A DNA stretch of 32,000 nucleotides from Mucisphaera calidilacus (GTDB taxonomy: Bacteria; Planctomycetota; Phycisphaerae; Phycisphaerales; Phycisphaeraceae), in the NCBI RefSeq assembly GCF_007748075.1, contig NZ_CP036280.1, positions 2,250,001 through 2,282,000 of the forward strand, written 5' to 3'. The notes under the pieces were generated by a model, which did not search any database, was not told the origin of the DNA, and worked only from the letters and a program-made list of their open reading frames with translations. The position numbers and the translations under genes are program-made. Position 1 is the first letter of the stretch. Each line of letters opens with the position of its first letter. Shown here piece after piece: positions 18,021-25,355 of this stretch.

Positions 18021-18977
18021 TCACGCCGGCCATGCGTGGATCACGGCGAGGCTCGCCGCGAGCGAGAAGGGGCACGCGAGCGTGGTGGTGGCGATGATCG
18101 AGGCGGCCAGCCCCTCGTCGCCACGGAGTTGTGTCACGAGGACGTAGCTGGCGACCGCGGTCGGTGTTGAGGCAAGGATCAGAAAGGCAAAGGCCTGCTG
18201 CTGATCCAGTTGCAAGGCCCACGCGAGCAGCACGGCGAGGGCCGGGCCGAGTCCGAGCTTGACGGTCGTGGTGATGGCCGCGAGGCCAAGATGGTTGTGA
18301 ACCTGATAGATGGTCAGCGCCCCGCCGAGACTGATGAGCGCTAGGGGCGCCGCGGGCTGACCGAGGAGGTTGAGCGTGGCAGCAATGGGCCTGATCTGAT
18401 CGACGCCGAGTATCCCCAGCAGCAGGCCGGCGACACAGGCGATGATGAAGGGGTTGGTGACCAGTGCGTGGAGCGTGTCCATGAGCGTCTTGCTCAGGTG
18501 CGTGTCGCTGTCACGCGTGTGATTGGGCAGTGTCAGCACCGGGACGGCGAGGAGGTTGTAGATCGCGATGATCGGCGCGAGCGTGAGTGCGGCGATGGCG
18601 AGGGTTCGGTCGTCGGCGCCGGCGAGTTCGATCACCGGCAGGCCCACGAAGGCCAGATTTCCGCGGAACGCACCCTGGATGACCACGCCGAACGCGGCAC
18701 GCTCACGGCTGAAGATCAGCCAGCAGAGCAGGCCGGCGCCCGCGGTGGTCAGCGTTAGCAGGGTCATCGCGAGGACCACCCAGCCCACGGTGCTATCGAG
18801 ACTCCCGGCTTCCGCGATCTTGATGATCAGGAGGGCCGGCAGGAAGATCCAGTAGACAAGCTTGTCGAGGATCGCCCGGTGTTCGGGCCGCACGAATCCC
18901 GAGCGGAAGAGCATCACGCCGAGCGCTACGAGCAGCACGATCGGCAGCAGCGTCTCGATGATGTGCAGGAAGACCAT
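18021..18977 (-). CDS. AEC (auxin efflux carrier / MleP-like) family membrane transporter
   Basis: Trimmed to ATG 18977 (MVFLHIIETLLPIVLLVALGVMLFRSGF...). About 10 hydrophobic helices in two halves, typical of the Mem_trans family. It lies 41 nt downstream of the DeoR gene on the same strand. Confidence 0.8.
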   Translation of the reverse strand: MVFLHIIETLLPIVLLVALGVMLFRSGFVRPEHRAILDKLVYWIFLPALLIIKIAEAGSLDSTVGWVVLAMTLLTLTTAGAGLLCWLIFSRERAAFGVVIQGAFRGNLAFVGLPVIELAGADDRTLAIAALTLAPIIAIYNLLAVPVLTLPNHTRDSDTHLSKTLMDTLHALVTNPFIIACVAGLLLGILGVDQIRPIAATLNLLGQPAAPLALISLGGALTIYQVHNHLGLAAITTTVKLGLGPALAVLLAWALQLDQQQAFAFLILASTPTAVASYVLVTQLRGDEGLAASIIATTTLACPFSLAASLAVIHAWPA

Positions 18978-19018
18978 GGGCAGATGGTAACGGGAAGCGC
19001 TCTGGCCGAGCCGGGTGT

Positions 19019-19786
19019 TCAGCGTGTCGCGACGGTCAGCCGGCTGCCGAGTGAGGCCGGCCACTGATCGCCAACGCCCGCGTCGGTGATGATCTCGTCG
19101 AAACGATCGAGCTCTGCGACACGAACGAGCGAACGACGACCGAACTTGCTGGCGTCCATGAGCAGGACCGACCGCTCGGCCTGGTCCATCATGGCCAGCT
19201 CGATCCGTGTCAGCTCGGTGTTGAGGTTGTAGCCGGCGTTCTCGTCGAGTGCGGCGAGTGAGAGGAAACAGATATCGGCGTAGAGGTCGCGCAGCGCCTG
19301 GCGTGCGAGCGGTCCGACCATGGCGGAGGTGCGTGGGTAGAGCTTGCCGCCGACCACGGTGATCTCGACCTGCTCGTCGTTGGCGAAGTGCTGTGCGATG
19401 GCGAGGGAGGTCGTCGCGATCTGGATCGGTCGCACGGTGATCTGCTGGGCGGCGTAGACGACGGTCGACCCGGCGTCCATGAGGATCGTCATGTTCGGTT
19501 CGATCAAGCGAGCGGCCGCGGCACCGATCGCGCGTTTGGCCTCGACGTTGTCTGCCATGCGTCCGGCGAAGGCGGTTGCCTGCCCGCTGTGCGTGGTGGG
19601 CGACGTGTCGAGGAGCACCGCCCCGCCGTGCGTGCGCTCGATGAGCCCGCGTTCTGCCAGCCGGTCGAGATCACGCCTGACCGTTGAGACACTCACGTCG
19701 AGTTCTGCGGAGAGCATCTCGAGACTGGCGCTGCCTCGCTGCTTGAGGATGTCCAGGAGGCGTTGCTGGCGTTCGAGGATCAGCAT
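19019..19786 (-). CDS. DeoR-family transcriptional regulator (HTH + sugar-phosphate-binding DeoR C-terminal domain)
   Basis: The track ORF extends to 20074 through an S/R/A-rich frame that overlaps the upstream dehydrogenase. The real start is ATG 19786: MLILERQQRLLDILKQRGSASLEMLSAELDVSVSTVRRDLDRLAERGLIERTHGGAV. C-terminal domain: ILMDAGSTV...FLSLAALDE...VLLMDASKFGRRSL. Confidence 0.88.
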   Translation of the reverse strand: MLILERQQRLLDILKQRGSASLEMLSAELDVSVSTVRRDLDRLAERGLIERTHGGAVLLDTSPTTHSGQATAFAGRMADNVEAKRAIGAAAARLIEPNMTILMDAGSTVVYAAQQITVRPIQIATTSLAIAQHFANDEQVEITVVGGKLYPRTSAMVGPLARQALRDLYADICFLSLAALDENAGYNLNTELTRIELAMMDQAERSVLLMDASKFGRRSLVRVAELDRFDEIITDAGVGDQWPASLGSRLTVATR

Positions 19787-19820
19787 GTATGGGTGTATCG
19801 GCTGGTGGTGCCCCCGCGGG

Positions 19821-20744
19821 TCACTTGAGCTGGGCGAAGGTCTGGTCGAGTGACTGGCTCGACCGCTGCAGGCCGGCGAGTTCCTTGGGCCAGAGCTTGA
19901 TGTCATGGTAGCCCACAACACCCTCGCGGCCCACGACTGTCGGGATCGACAGGCAGACACGCTGCAAGCCGTACTGGCCTGACATGCGTGTCGAGACGGG
20001 GAGGATCTGGCGGCTGTCGAGCGCGATGCTGTGGATGACCTCGAGAATCGAAAGCCCCACGGCGTAGCCGGCACCGCCCTTGCGGCGGATCACCTCGGCG
20101 CCGGAACCCTTGGTGCGCTCGAAGATGGTCTGCTGCTCGTTGGGGGTGAGCAGTTCGGTGAGCGCGATGCCGCCTACGGTTGCCGACGACCAGATCGGCG
20201 ACATCGAGTCGCCGTGCTCGCCGAGGATCAGGGCCTTGACCTGCGTGGGCGGGAGGTTCTTCGCCTCGGCGATCATCGATCGGAAACGGGCGGTGTCGAG
20301 CACCGTGCCCAGGCCCATCACCCGCTGCGGGTTCCAGTCTAGGTACTCGACCGCGAGGCGTGTGAGCACGTCGACGGGGTTGGAGACGACAAAGAGGATC
20401 GCGTCGCGTGACAGCCCGCCATCCCTCAGGCCATCGAGGATGCCGCGGAAGATCGAGACGTTGCGGTTGATCAGGTCGAGTCGTGACTCGTCCGGTTTGC
20501 GGCGTGAGCCGGCCGTGATGCAGACGACGTCGGCGTCGGCCACCTCGCTGAGATTCGCGGCGTGGATGCGCTGATCGGCGATGATCGAGCTGCCGTGGAG
20601 CAGGTCGAGCGCCTCGCCCTGGGCGGCGTCGTGGTTGACGTCCACCAGCGCGATGTCACGGACAATGCCGCCACACTGCAGGGCGTAAGCTGCGTTCGAT
20701 CCGACGCGTCCCGCGCCGCCGACGATGGCTACCTTGATCGACAT
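19821..20744 (-). CDS. LDH/MDH-family NAD-dependent 2-hydroxyacid dehydrogenase (Arg at the substrate-specificity position)
   Basis: KVAIVGGAGRVGSNAAYAL, IALVDV, specificity loop ITAGSRRKPDESRLDL, NPVDV, LDTARFR, catalytic GEHGDS. Substrate is not assignable from sequence alone (see findings). Confidence 0.85.
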   Translation of the reverse strand: MSIKVAIVGGAGRVGSNAAYALQCGGIVRDIALVDVNHDAAQGEALDLLHGSSIIADQRIHAANLSEVADADVVCITAGSRRKPDESRLDLINRNVSIFRGILDGLRDGGLSRDAILFVVSNPVDVLTRLAVEYLDWNPQRVMGLGTVLDTARFRSMIAEAKNLPPTQVKALILGEHGDSMSPIWSSATVGGIALTELLTPNEQQTIFERTKGSGAEVIRRKGGAGYAVGLSILEVIHSIALDSRQILPVSTRMSGQYGLQRVCLSIPTVVGREGVVGYHDIKLWPKELAGLQRSSQSLDQTFAQLK

Positions 20745-20777
20745 GATTCAGACTCTCGTTGGCTGTTTGTTCAGGGT

Positions 20778-21641
20778 TTACTTGGCACCGGCCATGATCT
20801 GGTCGGTAATGGATCGGACGAGTTGCTCGAAGTCGGCGTCGGACCCGCCCGCGGCGGCGGAGGGCGTCGCGACCTGACCGTCGCAGCCGCACGATGCGCT
20901 CATCGGCTGAACGCCGAAGGTCGTGAGGAAGGCCTCGTTGTCGGGGCCGACGCATCCGGTCGGTGCGCACTTGAGGCGGTCGTCGGGGAAGCCGAAGCGT
21001 TGCTTGACCTTCAGCAGGTCGGTCATCTGGTTGTCGTCAAGCACGTTCACCTGACCGAGTTGCTTGGTGAGGATCAACTGCTTGCAGTAGTTGTCGAGGA
21101 TCTCCAGGCGGTAGTAGGCCTCGATGAGCGTGCTGCCGAGCGAGACCGAGCCGTGGTTGGCCATCAGGATGGTGTTGGTCTGCTCGTTGATGCGATCGAT
21201 GAAGCTCGCGGGCAGGTCGGGGCCGCCTGGGGTCGCGTACTTGGCGAAGATCGTGCGTCCCAGGAAGACCTCGGCCTCGGGGTGGATGCCCTCGGGCAGC
21301 GGGATGTTGGCGAGGCAGAAGGCGACGGCGTGCGGCGGGTGCGAGTGAATGACCGCCTTGACCGTCGGCTGTTTCTTGTAGATCGCCAGGTGGACGAGCA
21401 CCTCGCTGGTCCGCTTGCGGCCCTTGCCGTTCGACTCGACCTGGTTGCCGTCCATGTCGACGATGCAGAGGTCCTCGGGGTCGAGGAAGCCCTTGCTGAT
21501 GCCGGTTGGCGTGCAGACGACGCGGTCTTCGCTGATGCGCACCGAGTGGTTGCCCTCATTGCCAGCGCAGTAGCCGCGCTGCCAGATGCGGTTGCCGATG
21601 TCGCACATTTCTTTTTTGATCTGCCAGATTGGAGCGTTCAC
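20778..21641 (-). CDS. Class II aldolase (fuculose/rhamnulose-1-phosphate aldolase-like) with a ~65-aa C-terminal extension ending in an encapsulation-peptide-like helix
   Basis: GTG start at 21641 with GAGGA 7 nt upstream. GNEGNHSVR, Zn ligands VIHSHPPHAVAF and LMANHGSVSLG. The extension past the ~220-aa core reads CAPTGCVGPDNEAFLTTFGVQPMSASCGCDGQVATPSAAAGGSDADFEQLVRSITDQIMAGAK. Confidence 0.88.
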   Translation of the reverse strand: MNAPIWQIKKEMCDIGNRIWQRGYCAGNEGNHSVRISEDRVVCTPTGISKGFLDPEDLCIVDMDGNQVESNGKGRKRTSEVLVHLAIYKKQPTVKAVIHSHPPHAVAFCLANIPLPEGIHPEAEVFLGRTIFAKYATPGGPDLPASFIDRINEQTNTILMANHGSVSLGSTLIEAYYRLEILDNYCKQLILTKQLGQVNVLDDNQMTDLLKVKQRFGFPDDRLKCAPTGCVGPDNEAFLTTFGVQPMSASCGCDGQVATPSAAAGGSDADFEQLVRSITDQIMAGAK

Positions 21642-21679
21642 AGCGTGTTCCTCAAGTCAGTGAGGGGGGAAAGTCAGGT

Positions 21680-21982
21680 TCAGGTGTTCCATTCGATCTG
21701 GTCGAGGATCGCGGCGTTATATGCATCGACCGGTGCCTTGCCCGGATGAAAAGGCGCCGCCGCCTCGCGTCCCTCGCTGATGGCGATCACCGCGCCGATC
21801 CCGGCACCGAGCGAATCAAAGACCACCAGCGACTCGGGCATCGGCGACTGCCGCGGCTTACTCGACTTGATGCCGGCCAGCGCGGGCCCGTCGAGTACTT
21901 CGCCGATCAGGAGCTGGCCCGGCGGGAAGCCGTTGAGCGACTTGCCGAGGGTCACGTTGCCGATGACGCGTGCGATCCTCAT
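21680..21982 (-). CDS. BMC-P pentameric vertex protein (EutN/CcmL family), paralogue 3
   Basis: Only the last 100 codons of track ORF 21680..22894 are credible: MRIARVIGNVTLGKSLNGFPPGQLLIGEVL...ESLVVFDSLGAGIGAVIAISEGREAA...DAYNAAILDQIEW. The ATG at 21982 overlaps the stop of the upstream gene (ATGA). Confidence 0.85.
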   Translation of the reverse strand: MRIARVIGNVTLGKSLNGFPPGQLLIGEVLDGPALAGIKSSKPRQSPMPESLVVFDSLGAGIGAVIAISEGREAAAPFHPGKAPVDAYNAAILDQIEWNT

Positions 21983-22824
21983 GAGCGTGCCCCCTCTACC
22001 GCGTGCAGTGCGTGAGCGATCGTCGCGGGCACCGCGGGTGACGAGGCCAGCATGCTGTCCACCCGGCCGGCCATCTGGTCGTAATCGTTGTACGGGAACT
22101 CGAGAATGAGCACGTTCGCGCCGAGGTCGCGCAGGCCCTGCCGCACAGAACCGTCGCAGTGCCCGAGGATCGCGCGGATGCCACGCAGACGGTTGGCGAA
22201 GCACATCGGCTTGGCGGCCTGGGCGACAAAAAGGATGCCGCCCGCCGCACGCCCGGTGCTGATCGCGCCGGCCATGTCGGTCAAGACCGAAGGCAACGCG
22301 GCTGCCTCGCGCGGAGCGATCATCGGCAGCAAGCGATGCCGACGCTCCTCGACGATCTGCTTCACCGCCGGACACTGCCCGCACGTCCACCACAGCCACG
22401 GCTGGCCGTAGTTGATGGCCTGGAGCGTGCCCTGCGTGGCCGCGACCTGCCGCCTGGAGAACCGGTGCGGCGCCTGCCGGACCTTGTCCTGCGCCAGCGG
22501 TGTCAGACGCGCGGTCGCAGCCAGGATTACGCTGCCGTCGGGAGAGGAGGCGACGGCATCGTCGATCATGTTCGCCGTGATCAGACCGTCGATCACGGGA
22601 GGCTCGGTCAAAGCCTGAACCATGGGCGGATCGCCCTGCTGCGACACCGTGACCGGCGGGCTGACCGGAGCCGGATCGGGCAGCACGCCCGCGCCCGGGC
22701 ACTGACCGAGTGGCGGCTGGATCGGCGCCGGTGTCGAACCACCCGACGCCTGCATCGCGCGCAGCACCTGCTCCGCGATCCGTGCGATGAGTTGGGGGTC
22801 CGGTGTGGTCATGGCGTCTGTCAC
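21979..22824 (-). CDS. BMC-associated protein: N-terminal encapsulation-peptide-like helix, Pro-rich linker, C-terminal RpiB/LacAB-like fold with degenerate catalytic residues
   Basis: The GTG at 22824 overlaps the stop of the upstream BMC-P (GTGA); ATG 22812 is an alternative start. N-terminus DPQLIARIAEQVLRAMQ, then a P-rich tract. The C-terminal GGILFVAQAAKPMCFANRLRGIRAILGHCDGSVRQGLRDLGANVLILEF aligns with the RpiB block [27 protein letters not shown]...HNDTNVLAFG as I remember it. That this is a real CDS is solid; the fold call is moderate. Confidence 0.6.
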   Translation of the reverse strand: MTDAMTTPDPQLIARIAEQVLRAMQASGGSTPAPIQPPLGQCPGAGVLPDPAPVSPPVTVSQQGDPPMVQALTEPPVIDGLITANMIDDAVASSPDGSVILAATARLTPLAQDKVRQAPHRFSRRQVAATQGTLQAINYGQPWLWWTCGQCPAVKQIVEERRHRLLPMIAPREAAALPSVLTDMAGAISTGRAAGGILFVAQAAKPMCFANRLRGIRAILGHCDGSVRQGLRDLGANVLILEFPYNDYDQMAGRVDSMLASSPAVPATIAHALHAVEGARS

Positions 22825-23102
22825 TTGCGCGGCACCTGGATGCCGTTGGGGTCAACAATCGAGAGTGTCCACCATCGTGCGGGGCTGGAATCATCGTGCA
22901 GCAGGTCGCGGATTCCCAGGCCGTCGGAGGTGATCACCACCGTGTCGTCGCGGCCCGCACCGAGGTTGTCGAGGACGAGCACCGGATCACCAACCGGCTG
23001 CATCGCGTTGCCGAGCATCTCGACAAGCAGCATTTTCGCGCCGTCCAGCGACGGGTGCTTGATAGTGCTCGTGGCTCGGCCTCGTACGACAGCGAGTTGC
23101 AT
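22821..23102 (-). CDS. BMC-P pentameric vertex protein (EutN/CcmL family), paralogue 2
   Basis: MQLAVVRGRATSTIKHPSLDGAKMLLVEMLG...DPVLVLDNLGAGRDDTVVITSDG...WWTLSIVDP is the canonical EutN/CcmL pattern. ATG with GGAGA upstream. Confidence 0.85.
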   Translation of the reverse strand: MQLAVVRGRATSTIKHPSLDGAKMLLVEMLGNAMQPVGDPVLVLDNLGAGRDDTVVITSDGLGIRDLLHDDSSPARWWTLSIVDPNGIQVPRK

Positions 23103-23123
23103 AGCGTCGGTCGTCTCCGTGGG

Positions 23124-24590
23124 TCAGATCATCCGCAGGGAACCGCTGACGCTCATGCGTCGGAAGCGGGTGAACGTCGCGGGGCTGGTGATGCCCTCGC
23201 CGCTGGGTGTGGCGATCGAATAGCTGGCGTAGCCCTCGCCGCCCGCGCCAAGGCCGGCCGTGCAGGGTCCGTTCACAACGAAGAGCGTCGTGTTCATCAC
23301 ACGACCCATCCGCGAGATGTTCGCGAGGTTGTTCGAGTGGATGATCGCCGTGTGCCCGAAGCCGTGCTCGTTCTCGACCGCCAGCTGCAACGCGTGGTCG
23401 AAGTGGCTGCAACGCACAAACGGCACGAAGGGCATCATCTGCTCGGTCGGGACAAAGGGGTGATCCGCGGCGGTCTCGCCGAAGAGCAGGTCCGTGCCCG
23501 CGGGCACCGTGATCCCCGCGGCCTCGGCGAGCCGTGACGCATCGGCACCCACGAACTCCTTGCGGGGGACCCAGTGGTCGTCGTGGAAGGTCATCGCCGT
23601 CTCGGTGAGCTTGTTGATCTGCTGCGTGGTCAGCTGCACCGCGCCGGCGTTCACCATCGCCTGCATCATCGCCTCGAACACCTCGCGGACGACAAAGACT
23701 TCCTTCTCGCCGATGCAGAGGAGGTTGTTGTCGAACGCGGCGCCGGCGATGATCGACTTCGCGGCGTTGTCCAGGTCGGCCGAGGCATCGATCACCACGG
23801 GCGGGTTGCCCGGGCCCGCGACGATCGCTCGCTTGGGCTGCTTGGCGGCTGCCTTGGCGACCGCCGGCCCGCCGGTCGCCACCAGCAGCGGGATGCGCGG
23901 GTGGCTGAAGATCTTCTCGGCACTCCGCAGCGTCGGCGGGTCCATGATGCAGAGCAGCGGGTCGATGTTGAACTGCTGCTTGATGGCACGGTTGTAGGTG
24001 CGTGCGGCGAGGATCGCCGACTTCGCGCCCGACGGGTGTGCGTTGATCACCATCGAGTTGCCCGCCGCGATCATGTTGATGGCGTTCGCGGTCATGGTCG
24101 GGATCGAGTGGGTCACCGGCGTGATGACACCGATCACGCCCCACGGCGCGCCCTCGTCGAGGGAGACGCCGTCGTCGCCGCTGTGCGCCGGCGTGGTCAG
24201 GAACTCCACGCCCGGCACGTTCTCGAGCAACTCGAGCTTGGCGATCTTGTGATCCAGCCGCCCGACCTGCGTCTCGTTCAGCTCGAACTCGCCCCAGGCC
24301 TTGGCGTTCTCGCCGGCGATCTTCTTGATGAGCTTGACGATGGCGTCGCGTGTCTTGACGCCTGCCGCGGCCAGCTGCTGCTGGGCCTTCTCGGCCGAGG
24401 CGACTGCCGTATCCACGTCCGCGAACGTGCCCTCAGCCGGGTTGGCCTGCGACGCCGGGGCCGGTGCCGAACCCTGGTTGGCAGATGGCCGGCTGTTCGT
24501 AGCGGGCGCGGCCTGGCTGTTGGCGGCGCTCTGCATCTGCCGGAGCACCTCGGTCACCACGCTCTGAATGAGTTCGGATTGCTGCATCAT
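23124..24590 (-). CDS. CoA-acylating aldehyde dehydrogenase (PduP/EutE-like) with N-terminal encapsulation peptide
   Basis: N-terminus MMQQSELIQSVVTEVLRQMQ plus a ~30-aa Q/A/P/S/N linker, then the ALDH fold: GVIGVITPVTHSIPT, GPGNPPVVID, catalytic Cys context NNLLCIGEKEVFV, ENEHGFGHTAIIHS. Confidence 0.92.
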   Translation of the reverse strand: MMQQSELIQSVVTEVLRQMQSAANSQAAPATNSRPSANQGSAPAPASQANPAEGTFADVDTAVASAEKAQQQLAAAGVKTRDAIVKLIKKIAGENAKAWGEFELNETQVGRLDHKIAKLELLENVPGVEFLTTPAHSGDDGVSLDEGAPWGVIGVITPVTHSIPTMTANAINMIAAGNSMVINAHPSGAKSAILAARTYNRAIKQQFNIDPLLCIMDPPTLRSAEKIFSHPRIPLLVATGGPAVAKAAAKQPKRAIVAGPGNPPVVIDASADLDNAAKSIIAGAAFDNNLLCIGEKEVFVVREVFEAMMQAMVNAGAVQLTTQQINKLTETAMTFHDDHWVPRKEFVGADASRLAEAAGITVPAGTDLLFGETAADHPFVPTEQMMPFVPFVRCSHFDHALQLAVENEHGFGHTAIIHSNNLANISRMGRVMNTTLFVVNGPCTAGLGAGGEGYASYSIATPSGEGITSPATFTRFRRMSVSGSLRMI

Positions 24591-24612
24591 GAAGGCTCAC
24601 ATATGGAAAACG

Positions 24613-24975
24613 TCAGCGGCTCTTGCCCCTGGGTTTCGCGGGCGTGGTCTCGATCGGGTTGCCGCCGATCGAGGCCGAATCGATCACGCCGACAATCACC
24701 GCGTCGGTTGGCATCTTGCCGCAGCCCTCGGCCAGCCGGGCACTCGAACCCTGCGTCACGAGCACGACCTGGCCGGTGGCCGCGCCGATGCTGTCGATCG
24801 CCACGATCGCACGACCGGTGATCGAGAATCGACCCGCGCTGGCCACGCCGTTGGCGGCGACCTTGTTGTCGTCGTAGTCGACCTTGAGCGGCTCGATGAT
24901 CAGCAGGCGCGTCCCCTTGAGGGATTCATCCTTGACGGTGGACACGACCTGGCCTTTGACACGTCCGAGGAACAT
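24613..24975 (-). CDS. BMC-P pentameric vertex protein (EutN/CcmL family), paralogue 1, with internal insertion and basic C-terminal tail
   Basis: MFLGRVKGQVVSTVKDESLKGTRLLIIEPL...AIVAIDSIGAATGQVVLVTQGSSAR...DAVIVGVID, followed by SASIGGNPIETTPAKPRGKSR. Confidence 0.85.
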   Translation of the reverse strand: MFLGRVKGQVVSTVKDESLKGTRLLIIEPLKVDYDDNKVAANGVASAGRFSITGRAIVAIDSIGAATGQVVLVTQGSSARLAEGCGKMPTDAVIVGVIDSASIGGNPIETTPAKPRGKSR

Positions 24976-25037
24976 GGCGTTGCTCCGAGCGCAGCGACGC
25001 TGCGCATGGATAGGGGGACCGAACGCTGGAGCGGTGA

Positions 25038-25301
25038 TCAGATCTTGAGGACGTCGTCGTGCGGACGCGGGATCACGTTCACCGAGAGCACTTCGCCCAC
25101 GCGACGCGCTGCCTCGGCCCCCGCCTCGACCGCTGCCTTGACCGCGGCGACATCGCCCTCAACGGTCACGGCGACCATGCCGCTGCCGGGCTTGTCCTTG
25201 CGCAGGAACTTGACGTTCGCGGCCTTGAGCGCCGCATCAAGAGCTTCGATGGCGGGAACGAGTCCCTTGGTCTCAATGGTTCCGATCGATTGCTGGGCCA
25301 T
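25038..25301 (-). CDS. BMC-H hexameric shell protein (PduA/EutM-like), paralogue 1
   Basis: [30 protein letters not shown]...[48 protein letters not shown] is the canonical single BMC domain. Confidence 0.93.
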   Translation of the reverse strand: MAQQSIGTIETKGLVPAIEALDAALKAANVKFLRKDKPGSGMVAVTVEGDVAAVKAAVEAGAEAARRVGEVLSVNVIPRPHDDVLKI

Positions 25302-25325
25302 GGTTAGGCTCCTGTCTAAAAGGTG

Positions 25326-25348
25326 CTCGCCGACACACGCACGGCGAG
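25326..25348 (-). terminator. Candidate partial terminator or attenuator hairpin between ackA and BMC-H paralogue 1
   Basis: 7-bp GC-rich inverted repeat CTCGCCG-(9 nt)-CGGCGAG. On the minus strand it begins 7 nt after the ackA stop and is followed by CACC-TTTT-A, then the AGGAG of the next gene. The short T-tract suggests, at best, leaky termination or an RNA stability element. Confidence 0.3.
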
Positions 25349-25355
25349 GATGGTG

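Noticed and set aside
21983-22894. Upstream 300 codons of track ORF 21680..22894
   Set aside because: The R/G/A/D-rich extension is out of frame with, and overlaps, the RpiB-like gene. EutN/CcmL similarity begins exactly at ATG 21982.
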